A stretch of 64,000 nt of DNA from the NCBI GenBank assembly GCA_026003475.1, contig BPHJ01000001.1:613189-677188 (forward strand), in the 5' to 3' direction. Both the position numbers and the translations under genes were made by a program. Origin of the DNA: Candidatus Kapaibacterium sp. Lineage in GTDB: Bacteria > Bacteroidota > Ignavibacteria > Kapaibacteriales > NICIL-2. This document shows positions 18,806 through 27,665 of this stretch, one piece after another (within the stretch, counting starts at the first letter, position 1; every line of letters starts with the position of its first letter). The notes under the pieces are model-generated. The model did not search any database. It worked only from the letters and a program-made list of their open reading frames with translations, and was not told the origin of the DNA.

Positions 18806-19319
18806 CCGTGCGGTTGTGCTCTTTGCGATTGCTGCCGTCACAGTTGGTGCACAGCCCAATCCACGCGATGACAAGGCAGCTCAGCGACTGGCTCAATTCA
18901 AGAAATTGAGGTTGATCGAAACACTCGATCTCGATGAGAAAACGGCGGAGAAGTTTTTTGTCCGCTACAACGAAGGCCAGAACAAGATTGACCAAGCGCG
19001 GAAGGATTTGCGTGAAGCGATTCGCCAATTGGAGGATGCCGCTCGTGCAAAGGTCTCCGACAGTGAGCTCAATGCCAAAAGTGACCAAGCAGTCAAACGG
19101 ATGCAAGACTTTGCTGCTGCCGTTGTTGAGCGATTGAATGCAGTGCGCCCGCTGCTGAGTCCCGAACAGTATGCCAAGCTTGTCGTGTTCGAGGTGCGCT
19201 TTACCGAAGCGCTCCAGCGAGCATTGATCGAAGGGCGCGCCCCGCGTCCAGGTGACGGGCCCCCGCGTCCAGGCGACCGCGATCGTCGTCGCCGCCCACC
19301 ACTGGAAGACCCCGACTAA
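18789..19319 (+). CDS. periplasmic Spy/CpxP-like (LTXXQ / heavy-metal-resistance family) protein
   Basis: Signal peptide MRPRISRAVVLFAIAAVTVGAQ, then a helical domain with LDLDEKTAEKF and LSPEQYAKL motifs. Pro/Arg-rich C-terminal tail with a PRPGD tandem repeat. Typical third gene of sigma/anti-sigma envelope-stress triads. Confidence 0.45.
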   Translation: MRPRISRAVVLFAIAAVTVGAQPNPRDDKAAQRLAQFKKLRLIETLDLDEKTAEKFFVRYNEGQNKIDQARKDLREAIRQLEDAARAKVSDSELNAKSDQAVKRMQDFAAAVVERLNAVRPLLSPEQYAKLVVFEVRFTEALQRALIEGRAPRPGDGPPRPGDRDRRRRPPLEDPD

Positions 19320-20536
19320 CCCAGCAGCGATGCGATCGAGGCTGTCAGCAGGTTCGTCAATGCACCGACCGCCATCGCCCGCCATCCGAGCGCGACAATT
19401 TCGCTGCGCCGCTCGGGGACCAGCGACCCAATGCCGCCAATTTGGATCGCAATCGAACTGATGTTGGCGAAACCACAGAGTGCATAAGTCGCGATCATCG
19501 CTCCGCGTGGTGAGATCGTGCCAGCCGTCAGCATTGCCGACAGGTCGGTGTAGGCGACGAACTCATTGGCAATGATTTTCGTACCCAGCAGTTGTGCGAC
19601 GTTCTGGACATCGGCAGCGGGCACACCGAGCAGATATGCCATCGGCAGAAATAACCAACCAAGCAATTGGCGCAAGGAGCTGGGCATCGGCGGGAAGAGT
19701 GAATGCAGCCATGCAAAGCCAGCATCGAGCAGTGCCATGAGCGCAATAAATGCCAGCAGCATCGCAATGACATTGAGCGCGAGCATCAAGCCATCGCGTG
19801 CACCACTGGTGGCTGCGTCGAGCAAGGAGCTGGTAGTCCGAGTGCTACGGTACGAGTCCATCGAAAGCTCAGCACCGGTCGGGGGAAGGGCAAGCTTGGC
19901 AAGCATCAAGCCACCAGGAGCAGAGAGAATCGAAGCAGTAATGAGCGCTTGGGCGGAAATGCCAAGTTGGATGTATGCTCCAAGTACTGAACCCGCAATT
20001 GTCGCAAAACCACCGACCATGATCGCGTGCAGTTCCGAGATGGTCGCCGTCTGCAGGTAGTGCCGAACAAGGATGGGTGCTTCGGTCTGGCCGAGAAAAA
20101 TATTCGCAGCCGCTGAGAGCGATTCTGGTCCCGAAGTTCGCATCGTTCGTGCCATCACCCATGCAACGCCATAGACAACTCGTTGGATGATGCCCAAGTG
20201 ATAGAGAATGCTGATGACCGACGAGAAAAAAATAATCGTTGGTGCGATCAAGAGCGCCACCTGCATCCCGAACAGGTGGCGGTGCTCCGGTTTGACCAGG
20301 TTGCCAAACAGGAATGCAGCTCCGTGGTTGGCAAAGGAGAGAAAACCGGTAACGCCGCGCCCGATCTGCTCGAAGAGTGCAACACCCCAGCTATTCTGAA
20401 TCAACCAGTAGCCCAGGAGCAGTTGAAGCCCAAGACCCCAGAGTAGGACGCGCCACGGCATCGGGCTACCTTTGGGCGCTAATAGGCGTGCAGCAAGCAC
20501 ACAGACAACGATCCCCCCAAGAGCTATCCACCGCAT
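19316..20536 (-). CDS. nupC: concentrative nucleoside transporter, NupC family
   Basis: 406-aa polytopic membrane protein with the CNT-family pattern (GVALFEQIGRGVTGFLSF...GIGSLVPERR...). Confidence 0.7.
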   Translation of the reverse strand: MRWIALGGIVVCVLAARLLAPKGSPMPWRVLLWGLGLQLLLGYWLIQNSWGVALFEQIGRGVTGFLSFANHGAAFLFGNLVKPEHRHLFGMQVALLIAPTIIFFSSVISILYHLGIIQRVVYGVAWVMARTMRTSGPESLSAAANIFLGQTEAPILVRHYLQTATISELHAIMVGGFATIAGSVLGAYIQLGISAQALITASILSAPGGLMLAKLALPPTGAELSMDSYRSTRTTSSLLDAATSGARDGLMLALNVIAMLLAFIALMALLDAGFAWLHSLFPPMPSSLRQLLGWLFLPMAYLLGVPAADVQNVAQLLGTKIIANEFVAYTDLSAMLTAGTISPRGAMIATYALCGFANISSIAIQIGGIGSLVPERRSEIVALGWRAMAVGALTNLLTASIASLLG

Positions 20537-20542
20537 ACGTGC

Positions 20543-22375
20543 CTATTCAACCGTGACCGACTTGGCAAGATTCCGAGGCTTATCCACGTCGCATCCACGT
20601 GCGACAGCGATGTAGTATGCCAAAAGCTGCAGTGGGATGGTCGTGACCATTGGTGTCAGCAGGGGATGCGTCGCCGGAACAGTGATGACATGGTCTGCCA
20701 GCGATGCAATTCGCCGATCGCCCTCGGTGGCAATTGCGATGATTCGCCCATGCCGTGCCTTGACTTCTTGAATGTTCGAGATGATCTTCTCGTAGATTTC
20801 GTCTTGGGTGGCAAGGAAAATCACGGGCATGTTCTCGTCAATGAGTGCGATTGGGCCGTGTTTCATTTCAGCTGCAGGATAGCCTTCGGCGTGAATGTAG
20901 GAGATTTCCTTCAGTTTGAGCGCACCTTCGAGCGCAACTGGGTAGTTGACCCCTCGTCCCAGATAGAGCGCATTGGTACAGCCGGCGTATTCCTGTGCGA
21001 TGGATTCGATTTCGGCGCTTCGATCGAGGATAGCGGCTATGAGCTGCGGTATCCTGCTGAGTTCACGAGCCAGATGCTGCCCCTGGCTGACTGAGAGATC
21101 GCGTTGCCGGCCTAAGTAGAGTCCCAGCAGGGTCAATACCGCAAGCTGCGACGTGAATGCTTTTGTCGAGGCAACGCCAATTTCGGGTCCGGCATGGAGA
21201 TAGACACCAGCATCAGTTTCACGTGCTATGGTGGAACCGACGACGTTGACAATTCCCAAAATGGTTGCTCCCTTGAGTTTGGCTTCGCGCAGGGCAGCCA
21301 GTGTGTCAATAGTCTCACCCGATTGCGAAATGCCGATGACGATGTCGTCGGGGTAAATCACCGGATTCCGATATCGCAATTCAGAGGCATATTCAACCTC
21401 GACTGGTAAGCGGGCCAAGTGTTCGATGATGTATTCACCCACGAGTGCAGAATGCCATGAGGTCCCGCAACCAGTCAGGATGATACGCTTGGCTGCGCGA
21501 AGTTTATCGGCAACAGCAGTCAGACCTCCGAGTTTGGCATTCCCTTCCTCGAGAAGCAAGCGGCCTCGAATTGAATCACGAAATGTGGATGGCTGTTCGA
21601 AAATCTCCTTGAGCATGAAGTGGGGGAAGTTTCCCCGCTGAATTTGTTCGAGCTCAAAATCAAGCTCATGAATTTCTGGAGAAACAAACTCATCCCCAAT
21701 TGTCTTGGTCACGTAACCATTTCTGCGCAGAATCGCCATTTCGTCGTCGCGGAGATAGACCACTCGGCGCGTGTGCGAAACAATTGCCGAGGCATCTGAG
21801 GCCACGATGTACTCTTCATCACCGATGCCGAGCACAATAGGGGAGCCGCGGCGTGCTGCAATCAAGCAGTCCGGATCGTCGGTACAGATGATCGCAAGTC
21901 CGAAGGTTCCCTCGATTTCCTGCAGAGCGGTACGGACAGCCAGCTCGAAATCCCCAAGCCGATCGTAGAGCATACCGATGAACACCGCCAGAACTTCGGT
22001 GTCCGTTTCGGTTCGGAAATGGTACCCCTCGCGCTCGAGCCGCGCCTTGAGAACAGTGTAGTTCTCGATGATCCCGTTGTGGATCAGGACAATGCGTCCA
22101 TTAGAATCGGTGTGGGGATGCGCATTGATATCGGTTGGTTCGCCATGGGTTGCCCAGCGCGTGTGGCCAATGCCGAGAGTACCGGGAAACGACAGATGTG
22201 CAATTTCAGTGACAAGTTGGGCGACCTTTCCGGCTCGCTTGCAGATGCGGATTGTTGTGCCATCGCTTATGGCGATGCCAGCAGAGTCGTAGCCGCGGTA
22301 CTCCAAGTTCCGCAGACCTTCGAGGACGATCGGCAGTGCTTGCCGCGAACCGATATAGCCAATGATGCCACACAT
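20543..22375 (-). CDS. glmS: glutamine--fructose-6-phosphate aminotransferase GlmS
   Basis: MCGIIGYIG N-terminal nucleophile (Cys2) GATase-2 domain plus two SIS domains. 610 aa. Confidence 0.95.
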   Translation of the reverse strand: MCGIIGYIGSRQALPIVLEGLRNLEYRGYDSAGIAISDGTTIRICKRAGKVAQLVTEIAHLSFPGTLGIGHTRWATHGEPTDINAHPHTDSNGRIVLIHNGIIENYTVLKARLEREGYHFRTETDTEVLAVFIGMLYDRLGDFELAVRTALQEIEGTFGLAIICTDDPDCLIAARRGSPIVLGIGDEEYIVASDASAIVSHTRRVVYLRDDEMAILRRNGYVTKTIGDEFVSPEIHELDFELEQIQRGNFPHFMLKEIFEQPSTFRDSIRGRLLLEEGNAKLGGLTAVADKLRAAKRIILTGCGTSWHSALVGEYIIEHLARLPVEVEYASELRYRNPVIYPDDIVIGISQSGETIDTLAALREAKLKGATILGIVNVVGSTIARETDAGVYLHAGPEIGVASTKAFTSQLAVLTLLGLYLGRQRDLSVSQGQHLARELSRIPQLIAAILDRSAEIESIAQEYAGCTNALYLGRGVNYPVALEGALKLKEISYIHAEGYPAAEMKHGPIALIDENMPVIFLATQDEIYEKIISNIQEVKARHGRIIAIATEGDRRIASLADHVITVPATHPLLTPMVTTIPLQLLAYYIAVARGCDVDKPRNLAKSVTVE

Positions 22376-22476
22376 AGACTTGGTATCGAAGAGTTCAACT
22401 GTTCAAAATTATCACCGCTGCTCGGCTGTCGGTTGGTGCGCTGGTCGAGGTGACGTAGAATGCTGGAACGGTGTGA

Positions 22477-25026
22477 TTATTGGAAAATCGGCGTGCTGCG
22501 CTTTTCAATCTTGAGATCGCGGAGCACATTGGCGACGGGATTGAGCACCAAGTAGAAACCGCTATTGATGCCCGTCGGATACCACACAAAGCTCAGCGCC
22601 CAACAGTGGAGTTGTTTCGTGATGCGGATGTTGAGCCCACTCACGGAACGGTTGAGTATGTCATAGGCAAAGCCACCGGAAACATTCCAGGTCTGTGTCA
22701 CTTGCAGGCTTCCCGAGGCAGAGAGATTGAACTGTTCGGTTGCTGGTTGCGCCTCGAAAGGGCGGGAGTACGTGTACGAGACATTGAGCGTAACATTCCA
22801 AGGAAACACGGGCGGCGACCATCCGGGCGATTGTTGTCCCCACAAGTCTGGTACAGTCTCTTCGGATTTGAGTCGTTGGCGGAAGCGTTCTCCCAATTGT
22901 TCGGCACTGGAGTCTGCTCGAGTGCTTGGCGTCGTTGCTTGGGGAGCTGGTACAATACCATGTTGGTTGAACGAGGTTGACAGGTTGAGCGAAAACGAGC
23001 TTATGCGTACTGCTCCACCAAGCCCCAAGCGTTCGGCGCGAAACCGATTGATCTGCCGATACCCGACAACCTGCCCCGTGCTCGATAGTAGTGGCGCTTC
23101 GTCGTAGAGAGTTGTTCGCATAGATGACGACATGGAAAGATTTGCGATCGTCGGAAATCGAAACGTCCAGTTCTGATCGCTGACGCGGAATGAATCGGCT
23201 GCAAAGTTGTACGAACCACTGAGTGTAATGCGGAAGAGTTCAATTTTCTGCGAAGTAGTATCGCTAAACAATTTTCCATCGAAGGCATTGTCGAGCGTGT
23301 AATCGAGCGCTAATGCACGACTGCGCGGAGCAATCCCTCCACCATCGAGTGCAAAGCGAGAATATTGCACGCGCTGTTCAGCACGGTTGGAGTCTGCAGG
23401 TACTGTGTACCAATCGTAGAAGCCGTAACGCGGCGAACTGAGATCGGGAGTTATTCGCAGCGAGAGCGTTGGGATGATGGTGTGGCGGAGTGCAAACTGT
23501 TTGGTCACAAAAAGTGGCGTTCCGTAGAGCGTTGTCCGAGCCGCGATAGCAGCACTGATGCTGTATTCATTGAAGATGCCAAATTCAACACGGTCTATTG
23601 CCCGACCTGCTTCCGAACTCCATGTGCGGGTTGTACGCCGAGGGTAGGTGTTTGCTCGGATGGAGACCGAAGGGGTTATCGCAAAGTATCCGATCCGTGG
23701 GTTCACCGTTATGCTCGGCGAGTGTTGAACGATGCCGCTCCACCGGACCGAGTCGTAGGGCATTGGAGCAGAGCCGACATCCCGTGCGATTGTGGCGGCA
23801 GCATTGGCGTTGTAGCTGAGAGTCAACGTTGAAAGCCAGTTCGAGCTGGGGAGCACACCGCGGAGCGGCATCCAGGAAGGCACTGTCAACGAGAGCGTTG
23901 TTCGATTATCGTTGGCATTGGTGAGGATGTTTTGATTCCGAAGGTAGTTGAGTGAAATACCAACACCGCTTTCGAATGTGTGGGATATGCCGGCGCTGGA
24001 GGTAACGTTGCCAAGAATGCGTTGGTCGAGTGCATACTGAGTGGAGGCGATGTATCCCTGCGAAAGGAAGTCCAAGCTTGCTGCAAGTGTTGTGGCTGGA
24101 GAGAGCGTGTGTTGGTGGTTGAGTCGAACGCGGTACTGTTGGGTGTATGGTTCCGTGGGGCTCAACCGAACATTGGCAAACGACACTCCGAGCTGTCCGG
24201 TGTAGGAATACCGCAATGCGTAGTCGAGCGTGGTGTTGAATTCGTAGCCACCCTTGGAGTAGTACGTCCCAGCAAGTAAGACGCCGATGTAGTCACTGGC
24301 TGCCCAGTAGTAACCAAGGTTCGAAAGCATCACACCTCGTTGGGCAGAAAATGCGGGCCGCGGCGTCAGAAACCCCGACTGCCTACCCCCGCGATTCGGG
24401 AAGACCATCCCGATCGGAAGGTAAAACACCGGCATATCCTCGACGACAACTTCGATGTCTTGGAGGAAGATGCGGTCACCGGGCAGAACCTTCATCCGTG
24501 GGGAGCGAAAGTAGAAGTGTGGATGCGGGGCATCGCAGGTAGTGTAGCATCCGTCGGCGACGTAGAGTGTGGTGCTGTCTGCTTTGTAGATTGCAGAGCC
24601 GAAGTAGTAACCGCTTTCGATGCTGGTTTCGCCGCGGGTAACCATACCCTGACCGGTTGCGAAATTGTAGGTCATCTGTTGGCCAGCATAGCTTTTGCCC
24701 TGATCGGTCAGAAGCGGATAGTTCCGGCGGTTGCCGAGAGAATCAACCGCTGGAAATGCCTGCAGCGTCTTGGTGGTAAAGTCCACTTCGATGATGCCAG
24801 CATCGAGAGCTTGCTGCTTGTGGTGGAGATGTGCAGTGCCATAGAGGCGGAGCACGCGAGTCGCTGGCTCGAAGGTTACCGAATCCCGAGCGGACGCAAC
24901 CACGATGCTATCGGTCGTCGAACGCTGGACAATGGTGTCAGCGGCAATTCGACGCGTGTCGGGTTGCTGAGCTACCGACGTCGTTCCGATCAACAGCGCA
25001 AGCAGAAGCACGCGCACCATGGTCAC
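22477..25026 (-). CDS. lptD: LptD-like outer-membrane LPS-assembly protein (OstA N-terminal domain + large beta-barrel)
   Basis: Signal peptide, OstA-like beta-jellyroll (TIVQRSTTDSIVVASARDSVTFEPATRVLRLYGTAHL), then about 650 aa of alternating amphipathic strands. 849 aa. Confidence 0.7.
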   Translation of the reverse strand: MTMVRVLLLALLIGTTSVAQQPDTRRIAADTIVQRSTTDSIVVASARDSVTFEPATRVLRLYGTAHLHHKQQALDAGIIEVDFTTKTLQAFPAVDSLGNRRNYPLLTDQGKSYAGQQMTYNFATGQGMVTRGETSIESGYYFGSAIYKADSTTLYVADGCYTTCDAPHPHFYFRSPRMKVLPGDRIFLQDIEVVVEDMPVFYLPIGMVFPNRGGRQSGFLTPRPAFSAQRGVMLSNLGYYWAASDYIGVLLAGTYYSKGGYEFNTTLDYALRYSYTGQLGVSFANVRLSPTEPYTQQYRVRLNHQHTLSPATTLAASLDFLSQGYIASTQYALDQRILGNVTSSAGISHTFESGVGISLNYLRNQNILTNANDNRTTLSLTVPSWMPLRGVLPSSNWLSTLTLSYNANAAATIARDVGSAPMPYDSVRWSGIVQHSPSITVNPRIGYFAITPSVSIRANTYPRRTTRTWSSEAGRAIDRVEFGIFNEYSISAAIAARTTLYGTPLFVTKQFALRHTIIPTLSLRITPDLSSPRYGFYDWYTVPADSNRAEQRVQYSRFALDGGGIAPRSRALALDYTLDNAFDGKLFSDTTSQKIELFRITLSGSYNFAADSFRVSDQNWTFRFPTIANLSMSSSMRTTLYDEAPLLSSTGQVVGYRQINRFRAERLGLGGAVRISSFSLNLSTSFNQHGIVPAPQATTPSTRADSSAEQLGERFRQRLKSEETVPDLWGQQSPGWSPPVFPWNVTLNVSYTYSRPFEAQPATEQFNLSASGSLQVTQTWNVSGGFAYDILNRSVSGLNIRITKQLHCWALSFVWYPTGINSGFYLVLNPVANVLRDLKIEKRSTPIFQ

Positions 25027-25808
25027 TTGAGAACAGTCCGTGGGATATTGCTCGGCAGGCGGAATCGGAACGGCACCGTTTGGTGCTGCTCCGCGATGGT
25101 ATCCGGGGTGAGAATCAGTTCCAGGTTGCGCACTGGTGCAACAATCCGAATGCGCGCGGGATAACGCTGGTCGCCCCAGTTCTGATAGTCGCCGTACTCG
25201 ATCGCAAGCAGGAGTCGGTTGTCGGGAAGTTTCCTCTGGTAGGCAACGAGCTCACCGCGGATGTTGACGCGGGCAAGGTCAATGAACGCTGTATCACGGC
25301 AGATAAAGAGCATCGAGCTGTCGTTACTAGTCCGGCCGAATGGAACGTAGCGTGCGGTGTCGAATGGAAGTTCGCAGCGCAAGAGTGCAAAGACTTCTTC
25401 GCGGTGTATCGGAAAAGGAAAGATTGATTCTACTGCAAGGGGAAGCTGTACCTGGTATGCACGTTGGGAGAGTGCTTCGAAAATCATTGTTTCATCGGGG
25501 GTACAGTAGGCACGTGCAGCAACCAATCCTAATGGGCCGTAGATGATTCCCTGGAGCGAATCGCGTCCGGCAAGGAGCAAGCGGAAGGTGCCCTCAGCGG
25601 TTAGCTCTGGTGATCGAAGCTCGATCGAACCCTGCATGGAGCAGTAGGTGCAGAAGGCACGCTGCGATGGAAGGGCAAGCGGTGTGTAGGCTGCAGAGTC
25701 GGTGTGTTTCTGCTGCTGCTGGATGGGTGGCGATAGTACTGTTGCCGATCGACAGGCAGCCAACAGACATAACACCAGTAGGAGAGGAACTTTACCGATA
25801 CGAACCAT
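25023..25808 (-). CDS. lipoprotein (DUF4292/LolB-like?), translationally coupled to lptD
   Basis: Internal ATG at 25808 gives MVRIGKVPLLLVLCLLAAC (lipobox). Its stop overlaps the lptD start by 4 nt. The family call is tentative. Confidence 0.45.
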   Translation of the reverse strand: MVRIGKVPLLLVLCLLAACRSATVLSPPIQQQQKHTDSAAYTPLALPSQRAFCTYCSMQGSIELRSPELTAEGTFRLLLAGRDSLQGIIYGPLGLVAARAYCTPDETMIFEALSQRAYQVQLPLAVESIFPFPIHREEVFALLRCELPFDTARYVPFGRTSNDSSMLFICRDTAFIDLARVNIRGELVAYQRKLPDNRLLLAIEYGDYQNWGDQRYPARIRIVAPVRNLELILTPDTIAEQHQTVPFRFRLPSNIPRTVLK

Positions 25809-25860
25809 GTTCGGCTGCGTAGTTTGCATATGGTCAAGTGCTACAATCTGTGCTGGTCCG

Positions 25861-26340
25861 ATGGTGTACGTGACGCGCCGGACAACGTTTTCGGCATCGC
25901 ATCGGCTGTACAATCCACTGCTCAGCGATGCCGACAACGAACGAATCTTCGACAAATGCAATAACCCAAACGGGCACGGGCATAACTATGTCCTCGAAGT
26001 TACGGTCTGCGGTGTTCCCGATCCGCTAACCGGATACGTGCTGGACTTGAAACGCCTGCGCGATATCATCGAGGAGCATATCATCGAAAAGGTTGACCAT
26101 CGGCATTTGAACGAAGACGTGGACTTCCTTCGCGGCATTATTCCAACCGCCGAGAATTTAGCATGGGCATTTTGGCAAATCTTGGAACAGAAGATTCCAT
26201 CGGGTCGGCTTTACTCGATTCGCGTATATGAATCCGAGAACAACTTCGTCGAATACCGCGGCGAGCCGATTGACGTCCCACGGTACTTAGTGTCCACCAC
26301 TACCACACTGCATGATGACGATGAAATCCTCCAACGGTAA
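25861..26340 (+). CDS. queD: 6-carboxy-5,6,7,8-tetrahydropterin synthase QueD (PTPS family)
   Basis: ATG at 25861 gives MVYVTRRTTFSASHRLYNP...CNNPNGHGHNY, the Cys-x-x-x-His-Gly-His zinc/catalytic motif of PTPS/QueD. Confidence 0.8.
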   Translation: MVYVTRRTTFSASHRLYNPLLSDADNERIFDKCNNPNGHGHNYVLEVTVCGVPDPLTGYVLDLKRLRDIIEEHIIEKVDHRHLNEDVDFLRGIIPTAENLAWAFWQILEQKIPSGRLYSIRVYESENNFVEYRGEPIDVPRYLVSTTTTLHDDDEILQR

Positions 26341-27004
26341 TGGGACCATTGCAACCCGCAGCGATGGACCGCTGAGCGTGCAGCACGTGGCTTTCGATGC
26401 CAATGGTAATATGCCCTTGAGCGAGCAGGAGCGGCAAGCCATGATCGAACAACTTGAGCATAAGTTCGCCGAGGTAATGGACATTTTGCGGATTGATCGG
26501 ACCAGCGACCCCAATAGCCGGGAGACGCCGCGTCGTCTGGCGCGTATGTGGGTCAACGAGCTGTTCATTGGGCGATACACCCCACCTCCACCGGTGACAA
26601 TTTTTCCCAATCGCAGGGAAGTCAACGAGCTGATCATCAGCAAAGGCATCAAGGTTATGTCGGTGTGTTCGCATCATTGGCAGCCAATCAGTGGTACGTG
26701 TACGATTGGCTATATGCCGGACAAATCCATCATCGGCTTGAGCAAGCTCACGCGCATTGTCGAGTGGTTCTCCCGTCGAGGGCAGATTCAGGAAGAAATG
26801 GGCGAGCAAATTGCCGACTACCTCGAAGAGCTACTGCGACCGCGTGCGCTTGGGGTAATCATCAGTGCCAAACACTACTGCATGATTGCTCGTGGTGTGG
26901 AAGCCGACCATGAACACAGCGATATGGTCACCTCGGTCATGCGTGGGCAGTTGCAGCACGATGCTAACCTCCGCAACGAGTTCTTGCGACTTGCGATACC
27001 GTAA
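26312..27004 (+). CDS. folE: GTP cyclohydrolase I FolE
   Basis: VMSVCSHHWQPISGTCTIGYMP matches the FolE SMCEHHLLPF...HVAYIP zinc-binding region. The start may be at 26312, 26315 or 26321, overlapping queD by 20-29 nt. Confidence 0.85.
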   Translation: MMTMKSSNGNGTIATRSDGPLSVQHVAFDANGNMPLSEQERQAMIEQLEHKFAEVMDILRIDRTSDPNSRETPRRLARMWVNELFIGRYTPPPPVTIFPNRREVNELIISKGIKVMSVCSHHWQPISGTCTIGYMPDKSIIGLSKLTRIVEWFSRRGQIQEEMGEQIADYLEELLRPRALGVIISAKHYCMIARGVEADHEHSDMVTSVMRGQLQHDANLRNEFLRLAIP

Positions 27005-27007
27005 GCG

Positions 27008-27634
27008 ATGGCTCCGGTGATCTACGAGCGTTGCTTCTGGGAGCAACAGCACCTGGTCGCTGGCATTGATGAGGCTGGCCGCGGATGTCTTGCTGGTCCC
27101 GTTGTTGTTGCCGCTGTTGTGCTTTCTCCCAACGATATCGAGCTTGCTACCAGCGTCAACGATTCGAAAATCCTTCGTCCATCGGTGCGGGAGGAACTCT
27201 TTGCGGCTATAACGCAGAGTGCCATTGAATGGAACGTTACCCTTGCTGATGTGGCTCTCATCGAGGAGAGGAATATTCTCCGGGCAACATTAGAAGCAAT
27301 GCGGGGTGCTGTCGAAGCGTTGCGTACGCCAATCGCGCATGTGTTCGTGGATGGTCCAGTTGCACCACAGCTATCAATACCGGCAACGGCGATTGTCAGT
27401 GGCGATCGGTGCTGCGCTTCTGTAGCAGCCGCATCGATCGTGGCAAAGGTGATTCGGGATCGAATCATGGTCGAACTGGCCCAGCAATATCCAGAGTACG
27501 GGTTCGATCGCCACAAGGGATATGCAACACGGGAACACTTCCACGCACTCGAGCAGTGGGGACCAACACGAGAGCATCGCATGGCATTTCTCCGGAAGTG
27601 GCGCCAGCGCTCAGCGCAGCAACACCTGCTGTAA
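27008..27634 (+). CDS. rnhB: ribonuclease HII
   Basis: GIDEAGRGCLAGPVVVAAVVL active-site DEAGRG motif. 208 aa. Confidence 0.9.
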   Translation: MAPVIYERCFWEQQHLVAGIDEAGRGCLAGPVVVAAVVLSPNDIELATSVNDSKILRPSVREELFAAITQSAIEWNVTLADVALIEERNILRATLEAMRGAVEALRTPIAHVFVDGPVAPQLSIPATAIVSGDRCCASVAAASIVAKVIRDRIMVELAQQYPEYGFDRHKGYATREHFHALEQWGPTREHRMAFLRKWRQRSAQQHLL

Positions 27635-27665
27635 TTTGCACTCCCAAGACGTTGCACCTTGCCCA

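Noticed and set aside
22376-22476. Possible glmS ribozyme in the 100-bp leader upstream of glmS
   Set aside because: The reverse-complement leader lacks the conserved glmS ribozyme core, and the space is too short for the roughly 150-nt element.
24340-25164. 274-aa plus-strand ORF antisense to lptD
   Set aside because: It lies wholly inside the well-supported lptD/lipoprotein coding region. Its composition is Arg/Gly-rich with no recognisable domain.
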